A stretch of DNA of 64,000 nt from an uncultured Candidatus Saccharibacteria bacterium (GTDB lineage: Bacteria; Patescibacteriota; Minisyncoccia; JACPXH01), in assembly GCA_964409225.1 (NCBI GenBank), contig CAYPCM010000002.1, positions 413 through 64,412 of the forward strand, read 5' to 3'. Each line of letters opens with the position of its first letter. Position 1 is the stretch's first letter. The translations under genes were made by a program, and so were the position numbers. This document shows, in pieces, positions 49,616 to 58,784 of the stretch. The notes under the pieces were generated by a model. It saw only the letters and a program-made list of their open reading frames with translations, was not told where the DNA came from and searched no databases.

Positions 49616-49626
49616 GGCGCCCTCCT

Positions 49627-51363
49627 CTACTTGCTGACCGGGGCGAAAACCGCTGCCTCGGCCTCCACCCGGATAATCCGGAATTCGACGCGCATATTCG
49701 CACGCCATTCCTGCTCGGTTCTCGGAGCGCAAGGGTCCGCGCCACAGAGACCATTCTTCGGCCGCATGACGCCGTGGCCGATAACGGTAAACTGATTGGC
49801 ATCGATCGAGATGCCACGCCCCTTCGCGTAGCTGATCAAGCTCTGCCGCACGCCGTTCGCCCTCGTGTAGGAGAGGTTCTTCGCGGCTTGCGCGACCTCG
49901 GTGAGCTCGCGCTCGGTGGCTTGCTTTGACTTTCGCTGCAGATAGTTGAGAGGGTCCGCGTGTCCCTCGACGGTGATGACGGCGCCGCCGTACGTCGAGG
50001 CAAGTTCCGCGACTCGCTTGAAGGCCTCGGCGTACTGCTCAACGGGGAACGTGTTCTGGTTCGGCTGGAAGTAAACCTCGAAGGAGGGAAAGAGCTCACC
50101 CTCCGCGAGCGTCCCCTGCTTCTGCCTTGTGTCGACGACCTTCGCGACCTCCTTGGGGTCAAACCGCGGGACCTCAACGCCCGTGGTGTCGGCGAGGCCG
50201 GCGGCGAGTTGCTTGTAATCGAGCTGTGCGGCCTGAATCGGGACCTTCTTGGTAATGAGGCCCATGGTGATGAACGCCGACTGCACTTCGCCGATGACTC
50301 GCTGGAGGTTCCGCGGGTTCGTCGAACTCGTGAAGAAGGCGACGTTGCCGCGGTACCCGACAAGATCAGCGTCGGCATACATCCCTTCGGCCTCGGCAAT
50401 TTCCGGCTTGTCGAGGAGAATCATGGCACCGGCAGTCATAAACGTCTTGTAGGCCGCGGCTTGCCTTGCCTTCTCGGCGATAAGGTTTCGCGCGCCTTCG
50501 TGGGCGAGCATGAGGCCGTGCACGAACTTCTCGATTTCGCCCCGGTTCGCCTCGTAGAAGTCGCGACGGACCGCGTAGACATCGGCGATGATGTGATCCG
50601 CGCTCTTGGTACTGAGCAGGATCTTCGCCCCCTTCACCGATCTCTCACCGCCGGAACCAACTGTCCCTTGGGAGGTGAGTTCCATAGCGTCCGGACTGAT
50701 CACGGCCGCGGCCCGCACAGTGGGATCCTTACGGAGAGCTGTTCCCGGATCCTGGTCTGACTTGGTGAGGTCTCTCGTCCACTTGACGGTAACATCCTTT
50801 GGCGAGAGGCCAGCATCGGCCAGCACCTTAAAGAGGAACTCGACCTGCGGCGCGTAGGCCTGAACCGCGATGATCTTCCCCTTCAGATCCTTCGAGGTCT
50901 TGATATCATCTTTGACGACGATGACATCTCCCCCGCGGGACCAGCTTCGCTGCTCGATAATGACGAGCTCGGTCCGCGGATCGCGCGCCGCGATCTCCGC
51001 CGCCATCGCGATCTGACCTACTGTCCCGCGGAGGAACGGCGTATCGCCGGCGAGGTACATACGAAGTTGCTTCGTGAAGTCGTCCTCCCGGAAGAGCACG
51101 AGGCTGAGGCCTTCCCGGTCGAAGATGCTCCCCTTGGCTGTGGTCTTGCTGTTGCCGTTCGCGTAGATCGCCTCGAGGTCCGCTCCCCAGGTAATGACTC
51201 CGACTTTCCTTGGTCCCGGCTTCACGGTGCCGACGACCGGCGGAGGACTCATCTGAATGAGCGGCGGCGCCTGGACGAACGGTACGGGCTGCGCATAGGA
51301 CGGCTGCGCCGCGGCAACCGACGCCACGCACAGAGCCACGACTACTCCGAGCACTCGCTTCAT
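49627..51363 (-). CDS. secreted substrate-binding-like domain fused to C-terminal OmpA-like domain (paralogue of 47052..48611)
   Basis: signal peptide, NMT1-like region, OmpA motif ITVEGHADPLNYLQRKSKQATERELTEVAQAAKNL...NMRVEFRI. Confidence 0.7.
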   Translation of the reverse strand: MKRVLGVVVALCVASVAAAQPSYAQPVPFVQAPPLIQMSPPPVVGTVKPGPRKVGVITWGADLEAIYANGNSKTTAKGSIFDREGLSLVLFREDDFTKQLRMYLAGDTPFLRGTVGQIAMAAEIAARDPRTELVIIEQRSWSRGGDVIVVKDDIKTSKDLKGKIIAVQAYAPQVEFLFKVLADAGLSPKDVTVKWTRDLTKSDQDPGTALRKDPTVRAAAVISPDAMELTSQGTVGSGGERSVKGAKILLSTKSADHIIADVYAVRRDFYEANRGEIEKFVHGLMLAHEGARNLIAEKARQAAAYKTFMTAGAMILLDKPEIAEAEGMYADADLVGYRGNVAFFTSSTNPRNLQRVIGEVQSAFITMGLITKKVPIQAAQLDYKQLAAGLADTTGVEVPRFDPKEVAKVVDTRQKQGTLAEGELFPSFEVYFQPNQNTFPVEQYAEAFKRVAELASTYGGAVITVEGHADPLNYLQRKSKQATERELTEVAQAAKNLSYTRANGVRQSLISYAKGRGISIDANQFTVIGHGVMRPKNGLCGADPCAPRTEQEWRANMRVEFRIIRVEAEAAVFAPVSK

Positions 51364-51488
51364 CGTCGTTCTCCCTTCTCCCTAGTAGGTTTACGGCTTT
51401 CCGGCACACGTCCAAGAACGAGCGTTGACTCCACCACCTCCTCTCGACTGTCTTATTTGCATTTACGGAATAGAAATGTGAACGAACA

Positions 51489-51521
51489 ACACGAAAAATA
51501 TAGTATAGAAACCACCTATAG
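51489..51521 (-). promoter_or_regulatory. sigma-70-like promoter TTGACA-N16-TATACT on minus strand, ~115 nt upstream of 49627..51363
   Basis: reverse complement reads TTGACAacctataggtggtttcTATACT. Confidence 0.45.
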
Positions 51522-51783
51522 GTTGTCAAGTCTGTTTGCTTTTCACCCGACAACGAATTCACCCGAATCACAATATTGAAAGCCCCGACGCGTGAGAGCG
51601 CCGGAGCTTGTTTGCGGCCATACTTACGGGCTGGCGCGCATGCCCGGCGGGACGCCTCTCTGCTGCAAGGCGCTTCACTTTGGGGACCCGCTCCCCGGCG
51701 CTACGGATTACCCATGCGCTCAGAGCCTGGCGAGGGCTCGTGTTCCGCGTGGATTTCCGCTTTCACGCGCGCTGCGCGGGCCG

Positions 51784-52203
51784 CTACCCGAGTTGCTCTT
51801 TAAGAGCCCTCAAGGCACGCTCCCAGTTTTTCGTTTCTGCTTCCGCGTGGCGGTCACGGGAAGCATCCACGATCTCCGGGAACTTCAGCGTCCGCACCAA
51901 CCGCGTGATCCACTCGTACTTGTCGCCGTGATGGTAACCGGCGGTGTTAAGTACGCAGGGGATCTTGCGTTCGGTGCAGGCGATGAGCACGGCAACCCCG
52001 AACGCCTCGGTAGATCGATACAGATCCGAGGCGGGAAAGTAGACGTCCGAGATAACTCCGTCCACTTTCTCCCGATCGAGGTACTGCCATGCCTCCTCGA
52101 GGTTCCTCGCGTAGCAGACGACCTTCACGCCCACCTGCGATGCGAAAAACTTCTCCGCATCCGCCAGGTGCTTGGCGTCGTCCTCCACGACGAGAATCCG
52201 CAT
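51784..52203 (-). CDS. stand-alone response regulator receiver (CheY-like) domain protein
   Basis: MRILVVEDD...DGVISDVYFP receiver signature; AAGGGAGGTG SD. Confidence 0.75.
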   Translation of the reverse strand: MRILVVEDDAKHLADAEKFFASQVGVKVVCYARNLEEAWQYLDREKVDGVISDVYFPASDLYRSTEAFGVAVLIACTERKIPCVLNTAGYHHGDKYEWITRLVRTLKFPEIVDASRDRHAEAETKNWERALRALKEQLG

Positions 52204-52272
52204 CCGATCACCTCCCTTCGTTCTCTCGGTTGCCACCCGAGAGGTTATTCTGGGTTTCCGTCTCGACCGCCG

Positions 52273-52539
52273 CTACCGCTCGCTGTTCTGGACCTCCATC
52301 CCGAGCTTGAAGACGTACGTCAGGAACCGGTCGAAGTCCTCGGTGAACTCGGCGAGGTGGAACAGTCCCTCGAGGACGACGGATGCGTTGTTCTCGGGAA
52401 TCGGCAGGAAGGCGATGACGGAATCAGACACGCCGCCTTCCTTCAGCCACTCCTGAACCTCATCGCGGCCGTCGCAGTTGGTCAATGCCGCGTAGACCGT
52501 GCCGAACTCATCTCGCGCCGCGAACACGCTCAAGCCCAT
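52273..52539 (-). CDS. hypothetical protein (88 aa)
   Basis: ORF in operon with receiver gene. Confidence 0.45.
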   Translation of the reverse strand: MGLSVFAARDEFGTVYAALTNCDGRDEVQEWLKEGGVSDSVIAFLPIPENNASVVLEGLFHLAEFTEDFDRFLTYVFKLGMEVQNSER

Positions 52540-52606
52540 ACCGCACCTTCCTTTCTTCGCCTCGCGCTCGAGGCGATTTGGAGTTTCGCTTCAGGCTCAC
52601 TCAACT

Positions 52607-52894
52607 TCACTCAACGCGGCGAAGCACCCAAATCCCGTGCGGCGCCTCGTCGATGTCCGTGGTGCCATCGAACCGATGGCCGAGCCGCTCCAGAACGTCC
52701 AGAATCGCGACCAACGCCTCAGCCTCAGTATTAACACAGCGAATCTTGTCATCGCGGAACGATCCGTCCGCGTGCCATCCACGAATCACATCGTGGTTGC
52801 GATCCCACAACCTGATCGTGCCGTGGGCGGTATCGAAGTGAATCTCGTATAGGTCATCTACCGACGCCGGAAGCGAGCGATCCGCGAGCGCCAT
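52607..52894 (-). CDS. hypothetical protein (95 aa)
   Basis: ORF; first gene of minus-strand operon. Confidence 0.45.
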   Translation of the reverse strand: MALADRSLPASVDDLYEIHFDTAHGTIRLWDRNHDVIRGWHADGSFRDDKIRCVNTEAEALVAILDVLERLGHRFDGTTDIDEAPHGIWVLRRVE

Positions 52895-53127
52895 GGGGAC
52901 TCCTCCCGAGGCATTGCGCCTCTCCAGTGAATTAAAGAACCACGAGCAAACCCTGCCCGCAATGAACAGGTGCTTCGCTCTCCTTAATCTTCAACCCGAG
53001 AAAAGTATTACTTATCTGCTATAGCAAGTAAGTATTACTTTCTATTTTTAGTCGCTTTGATCACGTTGAAAACTTGGGAGAGCGACGAAGCCATTCCGCT
53101 TCGCCGTTACGCGCAATCACCTCCTTT

Positions 53128-53298
53128 CTAATCCGGAATCTTGGCCAGAAGGGCGTTGAGCTCGCGGTACGACTCCGCCACGAGTCCATACGCCTCGCGG
53201 ATGTCGGCCGATTCGAGCATCGTCCGACACTCCATCAGCACCTTCGCCGCCGCCAACTTCACGCAGATCGCCGCGAGCACCGTCTGGTCAATCTCCAC
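53128..53298 (-). CDS. small hypothetical protein (56 aa), GTG start with AAGGAGG SD
   Basis: below ORF-track threshold; translated manually: (M)EIDQTVLAAICVKLAAAKVLMECRTMLESADIREAYGLVAESYRELNALLAKIPD. Confidence 0.3.
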   Translation of the reverse strand: MEIDQTVLAAICVKLAAAKVLMECRTMLESADIREAYGLVAESYRELNALLAKIPD

Positions 53299-53791
53299 CG
53301 TTTCCTCCTTGGCACCGCGCGCCTCTGAAGACCGACTGAAAAGAACCCGAGCGAACCTCTGCCTGTGCCGCCGCTCCGGCGGCAGGCATTTCGCTCTTCT
53401 AAACGTTCACCCACTACAATGTAATGATACATTGTAGTGGAACCAGCGCTCGGAAGAACGGGCGAGGCCAGGAGACCTCGCCGAATTATTGAAGAGGGTT
53501 TGAGCGGTCGTCCGCATTTGTTTCGCCCCATGGGGGAGCCCCGAACGGGGATGCGGACCAATGCACGCTCTGACATTGTACCCTCGGACAACGCCGCCGG
53601 TTGGCAGCCGACGGTGGGATTTGGCCTCTGCCGCGGAGCCGTTGTAGTACGCGCGCCCAAAACTCGCGAGCGCGCCGGCTCTCCCCGCATACGTTTTGCA
53701 TCTCCGAGGTGCCAACTCTCGGATGCAACCCGCATTGCGGGGTGGCAGTGCCTGACGAGGAACCCATCAGACCCCGGAAAAAGAACAGAAA

Positions 53792-54013
53792 CTAGTCGTA
53801 AGGGGAAGGAGGGCCGCCGCAGCCGTGATCGCACCGCGCTCCGAGCGCCTTGCCTTGGCGCCGGAGCAGCCGCTTGATGCGCATCACGTCGCGGCGGGTG
53901 AGGCGAAGCGGCTTGCCCTGCGTGACCGAGGACGACATGTAGGAATCATACCGGAACATGACTTCAACCACGCGGCCGCGGTAGCGAACAGACTCTGCGC
54001 AATACCAAGCCAT
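53792..54013 (-). CDS. small hypothetical protein (73 aa)
   Basis: strong SD GGAGAGGAGGTGAGG before ATG. Confidence 0.4.
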   Translation of the reverse strand: MAWYCAESVRYRGRVVEVMFRYDSYMSSSVTQGKPLRLTRRDVMRIKRLLRRQGKALGARCDHGCGGPPSPYD

Positions 54014-54017
54014 CGCC

Positions 54018-54227
54018 TCACCTCCTCTCCGTGTTAAGTGAAAGGAGCGTTATCTCCATCACAATCTGCAAATGGATTGCAAACTCTGATCGATAGGCGA
54101 AGGGTTGAACTTCGCCTTGGCAGTCGCCCCGGCGGTCGCGCTCCTCGAGCCGCTCGATCAGCTCTTGGAGTTTCGCCACCACCGCCGACGGCAACCGCAT
54201 ATACAAAGGAACGTACCACACCGTCAT
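54018..54227 (-). CDS. small hypothetical protein (~70 aa; MTVWYVPLYMRLPSAVVAKLQELIERLEER...)
   Basis: AAGGGAGGG SD before internal Met of track ORF 54018..54374. Confidence 0.4.
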   Translation of the reverse strand: MTVWYVPLYMRLPSAVVAKLQELIERLEERDRRGDCQGEVQPFAYRSEFAIHLQIVMEITLLSLNTERR

Positions 54228-54462
54228 CCCTCCCTTCGCGCCTGCCGCTCCACGCGGTGGCTTTCGGAACGGTTGTGCAAAGGAACTCCCGCAGCGGTGC
54301 GCTCGGCCTCGCGTCCCTCTCCGCTGGCTGGCGGATCGAGACAAGCTCGGCCGGCACCGCTGGTTCAGCGCCAAGCAGTTGGCGCCTCACCCTTTCTTCG
54401 ACGTGTGCGCCTTGCCGGGCGGCGCCGTCGGAACCCGGAAAGGGATGCGGAACTTCTTGCCA

Positions 54463-54618
54463 TCATTCATAAGCATCCTCCTCGTCGTCATCCACCCCAT
54501 CCAAATAATCTGAGGAGTAGCCACACTCGCAGACCCACACCACCCCGTTCTTGTACGGAAAACCCATGATCCCGATCGAGCCACACACCGGGCAGGACTC
54601 GACGCGCTCCTCGTACAT
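54463..54618 (-). CDS. small zinc-ribbon protein (CPVCG...CECG)
   Basis: two CxxC pairs; AAGGAGGG SD before MYEERVESCPVCGS. Confidence 0.5.
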   Translation of the reverse strand: MYEERVESCPVCGSIGIMGFPYKNGVVWVCECGYSSDYLDGVDDDEEDAYE

Positions 54619-54689
54619 TTGACCCTCCTTATTTTTAGCTTGTCCGTTTTCGGACAAACAAAAAGGGCATACAACGCCCCTCCTCTACC

Positions 54690-54760
54690 TCCTGCCAAAA
54701 GATTCAAGAATGTCTTAAAACCTTTGGTAGAGCGTCGAGCTCGCGCTCAACGCGAAAGGA
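54690..54760. repeat. structured repeat family copy h (ccaaaa..tcaagaatgtctt..cctttggtagagcgtcgagc..cgctcaacgc)
   Basis: shares ends with copies at 57880 and inner hairpin with copy at 58330. Confidence 0.45.
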
Positions 54761-54995
54761 CAAATGGTAGGAGAGCTTGCCCCTTAGTTGGCGGAGGGCA
54801 GACGAACTGCCCACGGAATTTTCACTATGCGGGTGTCACACCCACCGCGCATAGAACCGCGTGCGATTCCGCGCATTCAGAGTTTCTAGCCGGCCTTTTG
54901 GCGGCCCTCACCGGCGGGGCTCTCCTCCCCGGATGGATCGACCACGTCAATCCCTCTGGGGGAGAGTCGAGCGTGCGACTCGACTCAAAACTCCT

Positions 54996-55352
54996 TTAGC
55001 TTGCCGGCCGCACGTCCGGGTCGCGGCCTTGATCCAAGCTCTGACGCAACGCAAAGTGCTTGCGCTCGCACTCGTCACACCAGAGCAAGTGGATACGCAA
55101 CGCCTCGAACTGCTGCGGGCCGAATGCCTCGCGGCACGCCAGTGCCCGAATTTCGTCCTCCGTCGGGCACGACCCGGCCAGCACCCGCCGCCGCTCCGGC
55201 GTCAGGGTCGCGCCGAACTCGCGCAACCCGTCAATCACCTCCCACTCCGCGGCGCACTCCTCGCACGCGAGAAGGTGCGCCTTGAAATCGGCCGCCTGAA
55301 CCTCCTCTGCCGCCCCGCGCTCCATCGCAGCGCGGGCCTGAACGCAATCCAT
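54996..55352 (-). CDS. putative zinc-finger (zf-HC2, anti-sigma-factor-like) protein
   Basis: two H-x3-C-x2-C motifs (HLLACEECAAEW, HLLWCDECERKH); start at MDCVQ with GGAGGAGGTGAGG SD that is part of repeat copy a. Confidence 0.55.
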   Translation of the reverse strand: MDCVQARAAMERGAAEEVQAADFKAHLLACEECAAEWEVIDGLREFGATLTPERRRVLAGSCPTEDEIRALACREAFGPQQFEALRIHLLWCDECERKHFALRQSLDQGRDPDVRPAS

Positions 55353-55376
55353 CCGCCTCACCTCCTTCCTCCACCA

Positions 55377-55450
55377 AAACCTCTCCATTTTACCTCGAGC
55401 GAAATCGGGGGGCTTTGGTGGAGGGGCGACGATGGTGGTCGCCCATTCCA
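55377..55450. repeat. structured repeat family copy a (cctccaccaaaacc...ctttggtggaggggcgacgatggtggtcgccc)
   Basis: read directly; forms 5' UTR of zf-HC2 gene on minus strand with anti-SD/SD pairing. Confidence 0.5.
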
Positions 55451-55501
55451 CTTTCACAGATACTTGCTCGACTGCATACATTTACGTATGATGAATCCAG
55501 T

Positions 55502-55666
55502 ATGGCAAACGGAACTAACACGAAACTGAAATCCAGAATCTACCCGCTGTTGCGTACGCGAGAGCGCAAACTTGTGTGGGAAAAAGCGCGAGGGATGTGG
55601 CGACGGAAGAAACCCGAACCGATTCGCGAACTTGAGAAGATGCGCCGCGAGTGGGAACGTAATTAG
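55502..55666 (+). CDS. hypothetical small protein upstream of PIN gene (possible antitoxin)
   Basis: position; MANGTNTKLKSRIYPLLRTRERKLVWEKARGMWRRKKPEPIRELEKMRREWERN. Confidence 0.3.
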   Translation: MANGTNTKLKSRIYPLLRTRERKLVWEKARGMWRRKKPEPIRELEKMRREWERN

Positions 55667-55687
55667 GTTTGCCGCATCTCGCAACAC

Positions 55688-56057
55688 CGTGTACACGCTC
55701 GACACGAACGCCATCATCTATTACCTGAAAGATGACTCGTCGGCGGTAGCGACACTGCGCGAAATATTCGCCGAGCCCATCACGCTTTACGTCTCTGCCA
55801 TCACGGAGGTTGAACTGTTCGGCTTTCCGAACCTCACCACTTCAGAAGCCACGCGCATTGAGGAGATACTGCAGACGGTATCAGTGATAGCGCTCGACTC
55901 CCACGTGGCGCGTATTGCCGGCTCGCTCCGCCGCCTCTACGTCTAAAGATTGCCGACGGTGTCGTTGCGGCAACGGCGCTCTTTACCGGCACAACGATAC
56001 TCACGCGCAACGTGAATGACTTCAAGCGAGTACCGGACCTCTCCATACGGCGAATTT
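55688..56057 (+). pseudogene. PIN-domain (VapC-like) toxin gene with frameshift near 55940
   Basis: GTG start, YTLDTNAIIYYL (PIN Asp motif) ... LRRLYV* then +2 frame continues LKIADGVVAATALFTGTTILTRNVNDFKRV (PIN C-terminus). Confidence 0.6.
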
Positions 56058-56084
56058 GATACGCTGACAAGAACCCCCAACACT

Positions 56085-56180
56085 TCTCCTCTACCAAAAC
56101 CTATCCTCAATCGCAGAGGTCCTTCGCGGAGTTTACCCTCGAGCGAAACGAGGGGCTCAGGATAAACTTTGGTGGAGAGG
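56085..56180. repeat. structured repeat family copy b (ctaccaaaacctatcctcaa...ctcgagcgaaacgagggg...ctcaggataaactttggtggagagg)
   Basis: read directly. Confidence 0.5.
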
Positions 56181-56309
56181 TGGGTGCAGGATGTGCACGT
56201 TCCTGCTTTCGGAGCCGAGGGCCCCACCAGAGACCTCGCCCGGGCTGATTACCGGGACCGCGGCGTTATAGGGGGACCGAGGCCCCGCCCGCTGACTCCC
56301 GCATTTCCT

Positions 56310-56375
56310 CCACCGCAACCATCGAAACTCCTCGATGATTCTGGTGGAGGGGCGACGATAATCTGTCGCCCCGAA
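56310..56375. repeat. structured repeat family copy c (cctccaccgcaacc...ttctggtggaggggcgacgataatctgtcgcccc)
   Basis: read directly. Confidence 0.45.
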
Positions 56376-56526
56376 AGAACAATGCGGTCTCGCCCCGACT
56401 TATAGGTCTTGGCGCAACTTCGTGGCGCGCCTTCGACCACTTCGCCAGGATCCCCGCTCACGACGCCTTGGGACTTTAACCCGCAACGCCGGACTCCGAA
56501 GCCGACAGCCGGAAGACGCCTACTTT

Positions 56527-57456
56527 TTACAGCGCCTCCCCGACGACCTCGACAACCTGCTCCAGGGTCAACTCCGAACTTTTTCCTGGAGGGCTGCCGC
56601 CGATCGTGCCGGTCGCCGCACCGCCCCAGCCGGGCTCGATGACGCTGAGTCGCTCGAGCGCGGGAGTGACCACGACGCCGTCTCCGGCGACCGTGAACTT
56701 CCGCACCGGCGGGTTGCCAAAGGCCCGGTTGAACAGCACCACGACCTTGGCCCCGCGCCCGTACAGGGCGCCTGACGCGCCGAAGAACTTGCTCTCCAGC
56801 CACGCCAGCCGCAGGCCCGACTTGGTCTCGCCCCACGAGGCCTGCTCGAGGGTCTCGGCCAAGAGCCGCTTGTTCTCGGCCTTGGCCTCGGCCCACCGAG
56901 CCCACTCGCCCGTGAGTTCCCCCACGAGGAGAAGCCCCTCGGGATCGGCCGGCCCCTGCACGAGCCAATCGCGCAGGAGCACCACGCCCTTACGAACCTG
57001 CTCGGCCTGGTCACGCTCGGTGAGAAGCATGCCAGAGAACAGATCCGAAAGAGACGCCGTTCCCTTCGGCTTGGGCCCGAGGGCCTTTAGCCCCTCCGTG
57101 TCCAGATGGTTGATATACTTCACCAGCTGGCTGAGGGCCCCGCCCTCGAACATCACGTCCCCCGCAAAGTACGCCTGGGACGTGGCCGAGTTGGCCGGCC
57201 CTCCGGCCTCGTGGTGGTCGAAGCACTCCGCGACGACCCGACCCGACCCGCCGCACTCAACGCAGAGCACGTTCGGATCTGCCAGATCAACCTCGGAAGC
57301 CCGACCAGACCGGGCGATCTCGACTGGCGGGATCATCTCCCGCAGCGCTTGCGCACTTGGGAGCTTCCCGCCGGTGAGCCGGAAAAATACCGTCCCGCAA
57401 GTGTCGAGGTCAACCTTGGGGCCGACCACGACCTTGCGGAACTTTCCTATGGCCAT
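56527..57456 (-). CDS. hypothetical protein (possible DHH-like phosphoesterase motifs DLDT / CFDHHE; weak)
   Basis: ATG with AAAGGAGGTG SD (track start 57462 is TTG two codons upstream). Confidence 0.55.
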   Translation of the reverse strand: MAIGKFRKVVVGPKVDLDTCGTVFFRLTGGKLPSAQALREMIPPVEIARSGRASEVDLADPNVLCVECGGSGRVVAECFDHHEAGGPANSATSQAYFAGDVMFEGGALSQLVKYINHLDTEGLKALGPKPKGTASLSDLFSGMLLTERDQAEQVRKGVVLLRDWLVQGPADPEGLLLVGELTGEWARWAEAKAENKRLLAETLEQASWGETKSGLRLAWLESKFFGASGALYGRGAKVVVLFNRAFGNPPVRKFTVAGDGVVVTPALERLSVIEPGWGGAATGTIGGSPPGKSSELTLEQVVEVVGEAL

Positions 57457-57529
57457 ATCCAATCACCTCCTTTCCTATCACCTTACCGGCCACTCGGTAA
57501 AGCGAGGTATTTGGTAAAAGAACTCCCCC

Positions 57530-57595
57530 GCCAAAATCCTGAATTTTGATCAGGGCTTTGGTGGGAGGACGACTTCAGGGTCGTCCCACTGGGTG
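57530..57595. repeat. structured repeat family copy d (cccgccaaaatcc...ggctttggtgggaggacgacttcagggtcgtccc)
   Basis: read directly. Confidence 0.45.
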
Positions 57596-57879
57596 AGGTG
57601 CGCGCTCTTGCGGCTGGGCCGATTGGCAGACCGTCCGCTTATTGCCCGGGCCATGAGCTTGGCCCGCGTGGTCCAAACGGGTACTACCAATACCCTCCCA
57701 CTCCCGGAGACGAACTACTTCTTCGTCTTCTTGTCGGCCTCGGAGGATTTCGCCTCCTGCGCCGCCGGGCGGGTGGCATACACCACCCCCGCTACCACGT
57801 AGTAGCGGACTACCATGCGCCTCACCCCCTTTCACCTAAATTTTAAGTTACGGAAACTTGGACGGACCATCCGCCCACC

Positions 57880-57965
57880 AAAACCTATCCTTGAGATCCT
57901 TCGCTGCGCTCAGGACAAGCTTTGGTAGGGCGTCGAGCGAGTGCGTCCGTCGCTCAACGCACGAT
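57880..57965. repeat. structured repeat family copy e, inverted orientation (cccaccaaaacctatccttgag...ctcaggacaagctttggtagggcgtcgagc...cgctcaacgc)
   Basis: read directly. Confidence 0.5.
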
Positions 57966-58301
57966 GAGCCGCATCGCCTCCTTCCCGTAGATCGCGCCGA
58001 TGCCAGGCGCGACCACGACGACCGCGATCCCGATCGCGGTCTGCCAAGGCCAGCGGGCCCAGCAAAACCGCACCAGCGCCGCGACGCCCCGGCCGATCTG
58101 ACGCGCGACGTACCAGACCGCGCGCCAGAACCAGCGCCACAGCCACGCGACCGCGGCCCGGATGCGCCGGCCGAACCACCGCCGCACGCGCCGCACACCG
58201 CGGTTCGTCCGCCTCGGGTGGAACAACATCAACCCGAAGGCGTAGAGCATGACCGCGAGGCCGGCGAACGCCGCGAACAAGTCGAACATGGCTAACCTCA
58301 T
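57954..58301 (-). CDS. hypothetical membrane protein (Trp/Arg-rich, 2 TM)
   Basis: ORF; no SD; GC-rich region so could be spurious. Confidence 0.3.
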   Translation of the reverse strand: MRLAMFDLFAAFAGLAVMLYAFGLMLFHPRRTNRGVRRVRRWFGRRIRAAVAWLWRWFWRAVWYVARQIGRGVAALVRFCWARWPWQTAIGIAVVVVAPGIGAIYGKEAMRLIVR

Positions 58302-58329
58302 GCCGCGCGGTCGCGGCGAAATTGGTTAA

Positions 58330-58395
58330 GGAACTTACCCACCAAAACCTTCAAACTGTCTTGAAGATTTTGGTGGGAGGACGACGATGGTACTT
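58330..58395. repeat. structured repeat family copy f (cccaccaaaacc-ttcaaactgtcttgaag-attttggtgggaggacgacgATGgtacttgtcgccc)
   Basis: read directly; cleanest copy. Confidence 0.55.
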
Positions 58396-58415
58396 GTCGC
58401 CCTCGAGAAGGAACG

Positions 58416-58784
58416 TTAGAACGAACAGGGGATGATCGGCGTCGGGAGCACGCTTTCGATCCCGGCGTACTGACTCCCCGTCGCCCAACTGAGCACGACT
58501 CGCTGGTAGGCCGTCACGGCACGGTTGTGCCGGGCGACCCAATATCGGTGGTCAAGTTCGCTGGGGATTTGATACTCCCCCCGAACGTTGAATCCACAGA
58601 GATGGCGCGTGGCCTCCGCATACGAGCGGAGATTACTCACCGCCGACCGTTGCACCTCTACGTCGCGCACCAACGCGACGATGGGGGCAGGCCGCGGCCG
58701 ATGTATCATATCGAGCAGCGTCGCGCCCACCATCATCCCCACCGTCGCCACAACCGTTATAAACCCCGCCAGCAGCATTCCCAT
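58416..58784 (-). CDS. hypothetical membrane protein (122 aa)
   Basis: N-terminal TM helix; AAGGAGG SD. Confidence 0.5.
   Translation of the reverse strand: MGMLLAGFITVVATVGMMVGATLLDMIHRPRPAPIVALVRDVEVQRSAVSNLRSYAEATRHLCGFNVRGEYQIPSELDHRYWVARHNRAVTAYQRVVLSWATGSQYAGIESVLPTPIIPCSF

Noticed and set aside
51592-52734. Long + strand ORF 51592..52734 (380 aa), and 56249..56968(-), 58633..59376(-), 5082..5831(-), 44880..46181(+) and 47232..48656(+)
   Set aside because: They are antisense or alternative frames of well-supported genes, with Arg/Gly-rich composition and no recognisable motifs.
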